Below, one piece after another: positions 53,463 through 64,000 of a DNA stretch of 64,000 nucleotides. The notes beneath the pieces are model-generated. The model searched no databases, was not told the origin of the DNA, and saw nothing but the letters and a program-made list of their open reading frames with translations. Made by a program: the position numbers and the translations under genes. Source of the stretch: Octopus sinensis. Taxonomy: Eukaryota. Each line of letters starts with the position of its first letter. Position 1 is the stretch's first letter. The stretch is taken from the NCBI RefSeq assembly GCF_006345805.1, contig NC_043001.1, forward strand, positions 78,182,001 to 78,246,000. The letters are read 5' to 3'.

Positions 53463-54387
53463 ACATAGTATTAGAGGAATATTTTATCGCAAGATCGTGG
53501 TTTCGATTCATGGGCAGGGTGGTGCGTTATTTTCTAGAGCAAAACATTTAATATTACCTTTCTCCAGGCCACTCAGCTGTTTATGAGTAATCATGCGACG
53601 AACTGGCGTCTTATTCTAAACATAATGTCATCCCAGTCACTTATATGCTATGGAAACCGAGTAACTGGAACTCGAAACACTGTCTAACAGGAGTTGTAGT
53701 TGATAATATTAATAATGATGATGTTGGTGATATAATTTATCGACCCTGGAATAAAAGAAGCCAAATCTAATATGAGCGGAATTTCAACATCAAACGTAAA
53801 GATATATAAAAAAAAATTTTGTCCAAAATAACTCCACCGAAACTAGCTAAATAAACTCACCATTCTAAAATTTGTTACCAATGAATGAAAGTTATTTTGC
53901 ACCGCCGCTTTTCCTACATACCAACAAAGCCAGCACCCTACCCCCACAACCACCACCTTCACACAACTAATCTGTTTCTTAATTTTGTTTACCTCCAGCA
54001 TTTACTGATTCCTTAAACTGATTGGCAAAGATTTCATTCCAGTTCAGTCGCACAGTCCACCTGATGATGAAATCGTCAAGTGGACTGTGATAATATACAA
54101 TCCCTGTACGATTTACTATCGCAGACAAAATCAGTCTGCATAAAGATCAACTTCGGATTTACTAACTTAACCTGACCTAATCTATAAAGGTAATTATCGG
54201 TATGTTTGGTGAAGTTAATATCACTGGTGTAATACGAGTTTCTGGTGTTGCTGGAGTAACTAATGTGGTATTGTTTGTGATTAATGTAGTTGAAATTGTT
54301 GATGTGATGGCTGATTTATTAATGTGGCGGTCTAGTGCAATTAGTGAGTTAGTGACCTGTACTAATAGTTCTAAATATTCGTTAATA

Positions 54388-54422
<35 letters not shown>

Positions 54423-54563
54423 CGGATAGATTATGTAAGTTGAGGGAGGCTTTCACGTTAGGCATGAGATATTTCAGATCAATCAATACGGAGAGAACAC
54501 GCACATACATACACATATGTACATAGACACATATATACACATATATACACACCTACCCGTCCG

Positions 54564-54627
<64 letters not shown>

Positions 54628-55319
54628 GTGTGTGTTTGTGTATGTGTACTTATAGATATTCATTAATTAATTAATGACAAAGGGACTGGAATCACATAAT
54701 CAGCTTCATTGGTTTATAGCTTTTTCTGCAATAAGTCGCACCACACTCAGAATTGTATTACGTGTACATTTAATATAGCTTCCTCGGAGCCAATAGCGGG
54801 ATATATCTATATGTGTGTGTGTATGAATTTTAGGTGAGTTAAAATATGTCCGTAATATGCTTAAATTTATGAAGGCAATTTCACTGCAGTTACCGTGTGG
54901 GAAAAAATTCCCGTTTATGGCAAAAAGTGCAAAAATATCATATCTACTCAGTGCTTCTCACTAGCGGTTATCCAGACGCGCTCTGTAGGCTTCATCTTGG
55001 GGAAATACTGAAAAGGGATAAGCCTGGGCAGATTCAAAGCCGTAGCTTTAATTTAAAAATTGTCAACATCATTAACTGAGTTGTGGTAGTAGACGGCCTT
55101 GTCAGAATAAAAATAGCGGTATCAGCACGAAGCAGTGATGGGGAATAAACGAATTTTAGGTTTGTTAAAATGTGTTTGTGGCATATTTAACTTCTGAAGG
55201 AAAATTCATTTATTCCTCGTAACTACATGGCGCAGGTCACCCCCATAAACAGTGATATTTGTGTTTCTTTTTTGGTCTTTGACTTATTCTGTTTCATTCT
55301 TTCGGTATTTCCCAACAAG

Positions 55320-55350
55320 GAAGACTAAAGGGCTAGAAACACGCGTTTGA
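55320..55350 (+). CDS. Candidate terminal coding exon (-RKTKGLETRV*)
   Basis: A ~65-nt AG-free pyrimidine tract ends cccaacaag. In phase with exon 49129-49208 it gives ...ETRV-stop. The AAG acceptor is a less common type. Confidence 0.35.
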
Positions 55351-56419
55351 GCAACCGCTTGTGGGAAGCACTGGATAGATATTATGTTTGTACACCTTTT
55401 ATCGTAAGAGGGAATTTTTTGTACACGCTAACCGCAGTGAACATGCCTTTAGAAATCAAAAGCTGAGGTGAACCGGCGTTTCGTTCAGGAAATCTCAACC
55501 AATTATTCGTGATAGAAACCGGGTTAATTTCCGGCTTTATGAGTGTTAGAGCTCATGTCAAATCTAAGTTTAAATCTCTCTTTAACCCTTCCAATCTAAT
55601 ATTGCTGATCTTTTCTTCGACTTGAATTTCTCCTAAGAACATATATTTTTTATGCATCTATTTTGACAAGTTCCGGACATACATTTCCATTCAACTCATT
55701 ATATTCCTGTTCCTGACCCCAGCTGAACATACAGTTTTGTTTGTACCGGGTTGTAAATTTTTCTGTATTTTTAATCTCAGATGTTTCAACTCCTATCTCA
55801 CAGTTATTTTGCTCTTTCTGTTTATTTTTTTCCCTGCTATATTTTCTAAATCACCATACATCCCTTGGGACCTCAGCTGATCATTTCTTTATCTTCGCAA
55901 TAAATTTACATCAAATTTCAATATTCTTATGTCTCCTTTTATTCTCCACTTTCACTTTGGTTCTCGTTTTCTCATTCCCACTTGTGATATCTTTCAAACT
56001 TAATTCATTCATCACGTATATATTAGATATTTTTTTTATCAAATTATTTACTTTAGTTTATATTGCTTGTTTTCACATGATCGATGATACTTTTTACTTT
56101 TTATTTATGTTATTTCTTCTCTTCTACTTTAGCCCTATCAATATTCTGAAACGCCTTTCTGTCACCAAAATATTCCTTTTTGCAAGATTTGAATAATTTT
56201 CCTCATTACTTCTTGGTCTTCTTTGCATCATGTTTTATACATTACAGTAACCTAACAATATATTTCTTTCGTTTGCACCTCTAAGTCAGATTCTAACTGT
56301 TCGATTTCCTTGAAAATCATTCACACTTTCATTCAACTCTCACTTCTGCCTTCTATACCAGCGTCTGCTTTGAAACCTTACAACTAATTGTTTCAAATTC
56401 CAATTCAAATAAACCACCT

Positions 56420-56720
56420 GGAAAAAGCCAGTGTGTAGGTGTAAGCCTAAGAAATTTGCCTCCCAAAGACATGGCTCCAGGTTCAGGCCCACGCTATCAC
56501 ATTTGGGGTAAATGTCTTCTACTATAGCTTCGGGTCGACTTAGGGGCTGCGAATCAATTTTGCAGACGGAATCTGAAAGAAGCCTTTTGTATATGTGTAT
56601 GTGCGTGTGTGCGCTCGCACGTATGTGTTTGTATCTGTGTCTGTGCTTGTCTGTGTAAGTATTTATACCCCACCACCGCTTAAAAACCGTTGTTTGTTTG
56701 TTTAACCTCCCATAACTTCA
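56420..56720 (+). mobile_element. SINE, family B (diverged)
   Basis: catggctccaggttcagg head; cttctactatagcttcgggtcgac...ctgaaagaagcc body. Confidence 0.75.
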
Positions 56721-56721
56721 T

Positions 56722-56945
56722 GATTCCAGGGCTATAGCGAACTAATGCGACTGCGCGCGAGTTTATTACCGAAATTATGTTTCTGGGATTCAGCTTTGAA
56801 GCCAGTATTTTTCTCACTCGCCGCAGGTACTCTTGTTTTTTGTCATTTCCGTCATGCCGTTGTGATTGATTCCGTCAGGCTCAAGTATTCCCAGGTATTT
56901 ATAGAAGGGTTGAGGTTGAATTGCCTTCATCATTTCCCCACTTGA
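56722..56945 (-). mobile_element. R4/Dong RT C-terminal fragment
   Basis: Minus translation YKYLGILEPD...EYLRRVRKILASKLNPRNIISVINSRAVALVRYSPGI. Confidence 0.85.
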
Positions 56946-57002
56946 CAACCATGTGCCATCTTCTTCTTCTTCTTCTTCTCTCTTTTCTTCTTCTTCTTAT
57001 TC

Positions 57003-57035
<33 letters not shown>

Positions 57036-57078
57036 TTATTATTTTATTATTATTATTATTATTATATTATTATTACTA

Positions 57079-57110
<32 letters not shown>

Positions 57111-57117
57111 CATTATT

Positions 57118-57605
57118 ATTGAGTGAAAGAGCAGCGCATGCCATAAAAGTGACATTGGGTTACAAACATACAAATCCCAATAATGACTACCCGTCTAATA
57201 AGGGTACACAAGGCACATGCATCACAAACATATGTGAACGACACGGTGACCTCATATCAAGATAAACGGCGCATGACCTTGCATGTTGGGGCCATCCAGC
57301 ACAAAAAGCCTCTGAACAATAGTTGTTGAAGGGGGTTGAACTAAACACCAACGTTTCCGAAGGCGAATTATTCAAACACCAATGAATTCCTTTCAACACA
57401 TGGCTTACAAATTGACACTCCCAATACTTCTGCCTATTATCAGAGATGCTCATATCGTCATGCTCAAATGGTTAAGCTCAAATAACGGACAAACAAATTC
57501 GTGGTATTTGCTGTAGACCATCATTTATACCAAAACAACACCTGTACATGACACTTCCAGCTAGTTAAGATCAGAAGCAAAGAAAGATCCAGTGCTAGAT
57601 ATGCA
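57118..57605 (-). mobile_element. Probable non-autonomous retroposon ending in an (AAT)n tract
   Basis: Non-coding block abutting the 56995-57120 trinucleotide tract. It resembles an octopus interspersed repeat I recall; not verified, and single-copy in this window. Confidence 0.4.
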
Positions 57606-58407
57606 TCATCCTCATCATCATCATCATCATCATCATCACCAACACTATAATCATCATCATCATCATCATCAGCATCGTCATCATCATCATCATCATCACC
57701 AACACTATAATCATCATCATCATCATCATCGTCCTCGTCGTCGTCGTCGTCGTTGTCGTCGTCTTTGTCATCATCATTTCAACATTATTTGTTTTTATTT
57801 ATTTGTCGCAGATGTTTTATGGTATTGTTCTTCGTGTTGTTGCCGCGTATGTTGTTCTTGAATCTACTGCTGTTATTCCCCAAGATATTCTTGCTGTAGA
57901 TATTTTGTGGACATTTTGTGAATGTTGCTGGTGTTGCTGCTATCATTGTTGCCGTCAGGGTTGTTGTTGATATTAGTGCTCTTATTGTTTGCTATATTTG
58001 TTAATTTTGTTGTTATTGTTGTTGCCGTTATTAATAACTACGCTGCTCCCAGTTATTAGTGCAATTTTCCAAGTACATTTCCTGCCAGCGACTAAGACAC
58101 ATGTTTATGAGGTTGTTGTTTTTGTTGCTCTTGTTGTTGTTATTATTGTTGTCATGTTGTCGTCGATACGATGGAAATGGTGAAGATGATGATGATCATA
58201 ATGATGATGATGATGTTGATGATGATGATGATGTTGACGATGATGATGATGATGACGATGATGATGATGATGAAGATGATGATGATGATGACGATGATGA
58301 CCACGACGATGGCTGACGATGCTAAGGATCACGACGTCAATGATGAGGCCAACGAGAACATCAGTGATGAGGCTAAACGTTATGATGATAACGATGATGA
58401 TGATGAA

Positions 58408-58451
<44 letters not shown>

Positions 58452-58458
58452 ATGATGG

Positions 58459-58489
<31 letters not shown>

Positions 58490-58637
58490 ATGATGATGAT
58501 GATGAGGGTAAACATGAAGATGATGACGAAGATGGTGATGACGATGACGACGGCAACGATAATTGATGATGATGAGGATTAGGACGTCGATGATGATGAC
58601 AGCGACGACGATGATAACGATGTTGATGAGGGTAAAC

Positions 58638-58668
<31 letters not shown>

Positions 58669-58800
58669 CGATGATGATGATAACCATCATCATCATCATT
58701 ACGTCAACATCGGCATGGTGATGATGATCGTAATGACGATGATGATGATTATCATCATCATCATTATCATTGCAACAACGACGCCGACGACAATGACGAT
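57600..58800. repeat. Compound (CAT)n/(GTT)n/(GAT)n trinucleotide array
   Basis: Direct imperfect tandem repeats; source of the poly-H/M/D ORFs. Confidence 0.9.
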
Positions 58801-59293
58801 GTACATAAAGTGACGATTACGGTTTGAGGCCATGCCGTTTTTGAAGCACTGACTTAATGGATTTTAGACGAATGAACCGGCGCCAGTACTTTTGAAAACC
58901 TGGTGCTTATTGAATCTTACTCATATTGCCGAACTGCTATGTTACAGGGATTCAACAAACGATTACCTGTTCTTAAAGATTGGTGGGGTAGACACAAACA
59001 GATTGATGATATTGTTGATATGAAGTTTTACTTTTTATTTGTTTAAACTGCGGCCATGCTGGGGTCCGTCCTTTAAGGATTTTAAATCGAATGTATCGAC
59101 CCTAGTATCCATTTATCATTTCAAGACCGATACTCATTCTACCGTTCCCTTTTGTTTAACCGGTAAGTGACAAGCCCGTGAACATACCACTCCCGGTTGT
59201 CAAGCGGTGATGAGAGACAAACATAGACACAAATACATACAGACATATACACACACGGACATACAGGCACTCACATACACACATACATCCCCT

Positions 59294-59326
<33 letters not shown>

Positions 59327-59359
59327 ACGGGCTTCTTTCAGTTTCCATCTTCAAATTCC

Positions 59360-61080
59360 ACTCACAATCCTTGCTATGTTGTCTTGACGTCTCTTATATT
59401 CTTTTTGCGGCTAGTGGTGTACATTGACTGGTAATATGCCATACGGTTTCACTATTTTGTCCACAATTTCTGCACTTATTACATTCTGATGTGCTGTCTA
59501 TTCTGAATTTGATGTAATTGGTTCTTAAGGCTTGCATTTAGGCAGCACAGATTGGAGCTTCCGTTCCGGTTTTGAGTCATTTTTAATCATCAGTAGACAT
59601 CTTTTACTCGGACTGCCTTATCTTCAACTCCCTATGAAACTGAGGATGGATTCTTTCTTTATCCACATATTTTCAGTTCCATTCATACTCAAGTGCTTTT
59701 ACAGTGCTTAATCTTTGCAATCTTCCATCCTGCACAAGCCTGACCTTCTTGTTTACAATAATAGTGGATGCTTGGAATTTTTTACATATCATGTTATGTT
59801 GTTTTCTACTGCTCTAATGCTGTATTCGCATCTAATCAATCCTCTTCCTCACATTTTCTTAGTACATACAGTCTGTTTGTGTCACTTTTTGGGTGGAGTA
59901 TCCCATAACTAAGCAATCTAAGCGGTTTACTTCGTCAATGCAATTATTCCTGCTCCATATCTGAGGAGTGAAACAGTCCAGGAGTTGATCGCTTCAATCT
60001 TTTACCGTTCGTTTTATTTCGACTTAAGGATCAGTCTCAGTCTGCGCGATTACTCCACCTTCATTTTTCTGTCATTTCTTTCTTCATGAACTTATCCATT
60101 TCCAATATCCTCAAGTCCTATAGCCCGTCTCTTCTATTTGCTTCATAACCCATCCGACGGTATGGCTAGCCCCTCCATACATCTAATTTTGCATCTCTTC
60201 AAGACTAACACACCAACTGTTTTCAGTCCGAACTCCATTATGATATCAGCACTGAAAATATACACCGTAGCAACGTGGAAACTGACTTTGGATTCATTTT
60301 TACTATAAAGTCTGAAGTCATCCATGAAAACAAGTGCTTGAATTTTCTTGGTATCTCTGAATACATATGCAGCATTTGCTTTCCTCAGAATCAGTGTTAG
60401 TGGTATCATGCACAATACAAATATCAGTAGGGACAAGCATATTTCCTGTTCAGGAGACATATTTCCTCTCTAGTGCCGGTATTTTTGTTAGCTTTTAAGC
60501 ACCCATTTCTCTTTTCGGTCTAACACAGAAATGTCCTTCGAGAGCTTATATAACCCTGCATGTATTCTTCTTTTTCACCATAGATATTTTCTTTTGTTAC
60601 TTCCATTATATTTATTTTTCTTGACATCAACACCCACATATTCTAATGAAACATTATTTGCTTCATTGATCAAATTATTTGTTTTTGTGATGTTGTTTAT
60701 TCTGATATATTTCATTTGCATTTTTCACCTCTTGGTTCAATTTCTACTGATCAAGCCTTTAAGGTTGCAAATAATGTTGCTATCGTTCTCCTGTAGCCTT
60801 GCCTTTATTCTGTCGTAGATTGCCTTTTGCCTATCTGTCATGTCATCATTAGTTTTATTGTCTTCTTACAGACCATCTGTAGGTCTCTCATCAAGAAAGT
60901 TATGACTGTTCCTTTCCTGTGTCTCATTAGAGATCTCACCTCTGTTTTCTGTTATGAGATTACTTTTATCAGCATGAACTCTATTTTCATCGTTTCCTCT
61001 GCTGTTGTTTTCCAATAACCGTCTACTGATAGCAGCTTCGAGATCTACTCCTGCGAACCAACGAATTTTTTTTCTTATTG
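59360..61080 (-). mobile_element. R4/Dong non-LTR retrotransposon, decayed and internally deleted
   Basis: LIFVLCMIPLTLILRK, LVFMDDFRLYSKNE, MEFGLK, AINSWTVSLLRYGAGII, QALRTNYIKFRID and CRNCGQNSETVWHITSQC; same family as 17920-18776. Confidence 0.9.
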
Positions 61081-61564
61081 CCCTAGCTTGATCACATAAA
61101 CTCTACTCCGTGAGTTGAATCAATACCCTTTCTCTCCATTGATCATACGTACGTTGTCGATATTCCCTAATATGAGCATCATTTTCATCTTCGGGGATGC
61201 TCACGTAGTGACACTCGATGACCACAGATTTGACTTGTTTGTTGCATCTACGCAGTGTGTGCTGGTCCATTGCTAGATAACGACAGGCTGGAGCCGGATC
61301 AGTGTCTCTGAGCCTGCTGGGTGCAACACTGTCACCATCAAGGGCTTCATTTTCATTGCCACCGTATATATATTTTTCTCACTCATATGATGTAGTGATT
61401 ATCAGGTTGCGCAATTACCAGTGTTTTTTTTTGTGACACCATCACTAGATGTATCATCGATCAGGACATGGGGAGATCCCAACCGCTCCCTTTCATTATT
61501 ATTATTATCATCACTGGTATTATTATTTTCATTTTTCACTATTTGTCATTGTTAATATTTCCTC

Positions 61565-62290
61565 TGATCCGACATGATCGTAAAAGAGACTCTGGCGTCA
61601 ATAGTTGAAATATATAAACTAGGGACTGTACGATCGGTGACGATGCTGAGAGAGTCCCAGGATATAGAAATCAAGCGTAATACATCGGATGTAAAAACAG
61701 CTAGGAAATGGAAAGCGGAAGCAGAAAATGATGACATATTGTCTTCCCTTAAACACCGAGATATGGTGGAAGCAAAGCAAATTCATCGGAAAGGCCTTGG
61801 GATATGGCGCAGGTCGGTTCAGACCGTTTGCAAGCATGACGCAGAGCGAACGCAGATCTTTTGTTACAAACAGCGTCAAAGCGAGGGAAACAGAAAGAAG
61901 AGTTTTTCATTTAATCCACTGCATTCAACAAGGACAGATGACGAAATTGGTGGAAAACGTTGTTGAGAGAAAAATAAGCTGGAATGGTATATGGATGGGG
62001 ACTACATCACGGTTAAGTTTTCTGATTCGTTGTCATCACCTTCAAATGTAATAGGATGGAACGCCTCAGAAAATTATATATGCAGATGTCGAAAAGTCGG
62101 AAGACTGAAACATATTGATTCCAGCTGTTCACAGCCTTTGAATAGGTACACATGGAGACACGATATAGTCGTAAAGGTTTTATTCAAAGAACCACATTGC
62201 TCTCATAAATAGAGGCAAGTAACAGCATTGAAAGAACCAACCATTCATTACCTTCGTAGGCTCAGGACAGCAAAGCCTTTTCAGGAAGAA
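61565..62290 (+). mobile_element. HERO-like (R2-group, REL-type) non-LTR fragment
   Basis: KTARKWKA, HRDMV..Q..RKGLG, ERR..V, QQGQ, ISWNGIW...RLSFLI, LKHI.SSC and RYTWRHD match HERO post-RT/CCHC motifs (TGRKW, GRxGLG, QGxW, RYxWRH). Confidence 0.75.
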
Positions 62291-62664
62291 GAAGAAACTC
62301 CCTGTGAGCGATGAAAACTGGAATGGCTATTGGTGGGTGGCTGCGGATTTACAGGGTGTCAAGCATTCTTTCCCTTCCCAATTACGAAGAAAATGGATAT
62401 CATAATATGGTGTGAATTTGGTAAATGTAGTCGAGTTAACGGTTTATCATGAAGCTAATTGTCATTAAAACTTTCGTGTTAGAACTAGGCTCTGGATCTT
62501 ATCTATAAGCGTAGACAGTTGAGAGAGCACCGCTTTTATAATTATAAACAAATAAATGCAGTCAAACGAGACAAAGAATCAAACGAAAAAAATAATATAC
62601 AGCCCTATTTTTTCCGTGGGGGTTATATATTTGTTTAATGCTGTGGGGTGGAGATATATATATA

Positions 62665-63075
62665 CTCTTTTTACTCTTTTACTTGTTTCAGTCATTTGAC
62701 TGCGGCCATGCTGGAGCACCGCCTTTAGTCGAGCAAATCGACCCCGGGACTTATTCTTTGCAAGCCCAGTACTTATTCTATCGGTCTGTTTTGCCGAACC
62801 GCTAGGTAACTGGGACGTAAACACACCAGCATCGGTTGTCAAGCAATGCTAGGGGGACAAACACAGACACACAAACATATACACACACATATATATGTAT
62901 ACATATATACCACAGGCTTCTTTCAGTTTCCGTCTACCAAATCCACTCATAAGGCATTGGTCGGCCCGAGGCTATAGCAGAAGACACTTGCCCAAGATGC
63001 CGCGCAGTGGGACTAAACCCGGAACCATGTGGTTGGTTAGCAAGCTACTTACCACACAGCCACTCCTGCGCCTAT
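62665..63075 (-). mobile_element. SINE, family B, full length and well preserved
   Basis: Reverse complement runs ATAGGCGCAGGAGTGGCTGTGTGGTAAGTAGCTTGCT...CATGGCCGCAGTCAAATGACTGAAACAAGTAAAAGAG. Confidence 0.9.
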
Positions 63076-63108
63076 ATATATATATATATTTTTTTTTTGT
63101 GGGGTGGC

Positions 63109-63147
<39 letters not shown>

Positions 63148-63377
63148 ATATATATTATTTGTTTAATGCTTTTGTGATCAATAATGACTAGTTTTTGTTG
63201 TTTGTATTTTTCGATTCGCTTATGTTTGTGTGTGCGCTTGCTTGCTTATACATTACTTTATTATATTTTGAAACATTAAAATGTGTTCATGTGAAACTGG
63301 AGTGTATACGTAATTAACTTTCTGGACAGATTTCGGAGCAGTTTTTTATCGCTCTCACATGTAAAACGTCCTGTGTC

Positions 63378-63750
63378 TTCTTTCTTCTTCTTCTTCTTCT
63401 TCTTCTTCTTCTTCTTCTTCTTCTTCTTTTCTTCTTCTTCTTCTCTTCTTCTTCTTCTTATTCTTCTTCTTCTTCTTCTTATTCTTCTTCTGCTTTTTCT
63501 TCTTTCCTCTTCTTCTTCTTCGTCTTCTTCTTCTTCTTTTCTTCTTCTTCTTCTCTTCTTCTTCTTCTTCTCCTCCTTCTTCTTCTTTCTTCTTCTCTTT
63601 CTTTCTTCTCCTTCTCCTTCTCCTTATCTTCTCCCCTCTCTTCTCTTCTTCTTTTCTCCTCTCCTTCTCCTTCTCTTTCTCCCCTTCTCTTCATCTTCTT
63701 CTTTTTTTTCTTTTCTTCTTCTTCTTCTTCTTCTTCTCTCCTCCTCTCCT
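63378..63750. repeat. (CTT)n polypyrimidine/polypurine tract
   Basis: Imperfect direct tandem repeat. Confidence 0.9.
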
Positions 63751-64000
63751 TCTGGATCACCTCGATCCTGACAGCAGCTTGCAGTGACGTTGACCATACG
63801 TGATTGTGATGATGAAGGAATGGGTTATTATTATTTATTATATTATTATTATTATTACTTTTTTTTTCTTCTTTCAAATTTCTTCCATTCTTGCCGAGTG
63901 TCTTCCCGACTCCTAGGGCAAAGAAACTCATAGTGTATATTGGTAGGCCATTAAACCAAACTCAGTAGTTCGTTCATTTTTTTTTTTTTTTTAAAGTTAA

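Noticed and set aside
54051-54089. Hammerhead-like words CTGATGA and GAAA inside a stem
   Set aside because: Only 1 nt separates CTGATGA from GAAA (no stem II), and stem I is out of register with the GTC site. It folds better as a simple hairpin, kept as a finding on that basis.
54820-54840. ttttag|GTGAGT as a recursive splice site
   Set aside because: No real polypyrimidine tract (TG repeat upstream); expected by chance in 64 kb.
55600-56350. Purine-rich minus strand with coiled-coil-like scraps (KEIEQLESDLEVQTKE)
   Set aside because: Too many stops and no diagnostic motif to assign it to a LINE ORF1 or gag.
57592-58699. Poly-His, poly-Met and poly-Asp ORFs
   Set aside because: Frames of (CAT)n/(GAT)n arrays; no unique flanking coding sequence.
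63373-63931. Poly-Phe/Leu/Ser and poly-Glu/Lys ORFs
   Set aside because: Translations of the (CTT)n tract.
1-64000. CRISPR array, operon or prokaryotic defence system
   Set aside because: No regularly spaced direct repeats with unique spacers and no dense ORFs; the content is animal repeat-rich DNA.

Overview
This is eukaryotic, very AT-rich, repeat-dense DNA. The SINE families, the density of (TA)n/(AAT)n/(CAT)n microsatellites and the decayed LINE clades best fit a coleoid cephalopod, probably Octopus; this is pattern recognition, not a database result. There are no prokaryotic features, CRISPR arrays, rRNA or true tRNA genes. Nearly all long ORFs in the supplied track are microsatellite translation artefacts. 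The window is mostly intronic or intergenic and holds at least four tRNA-derived SINE families. It also holds decayed non-LTR retrotransposons (R4/Dong x3, HERO-like, RTE, CR1/L2-like, two Penelope-like), a degenerate piggyBac, a hAT fragment and several MITE-like fold-backs. No intact transposase or reverse transcriptase ORF survives. The best host-gene signal is a tentative plus-strand 3' end: an 80-nt exon at 49129-49208 spliced to 55320 would end the protein in ...PCNRKTKGLETRV*, a class I PDZ-binding motif. The protein is unidentified. The most striking structures seen directly are a perfect 84-bp palindrome inside a SINE (6165-6248), a ~250-bp fold-back MITE (32373-32624), a satellite seeded from hAT transposase sequence, and head-to-tail SINE stacks.
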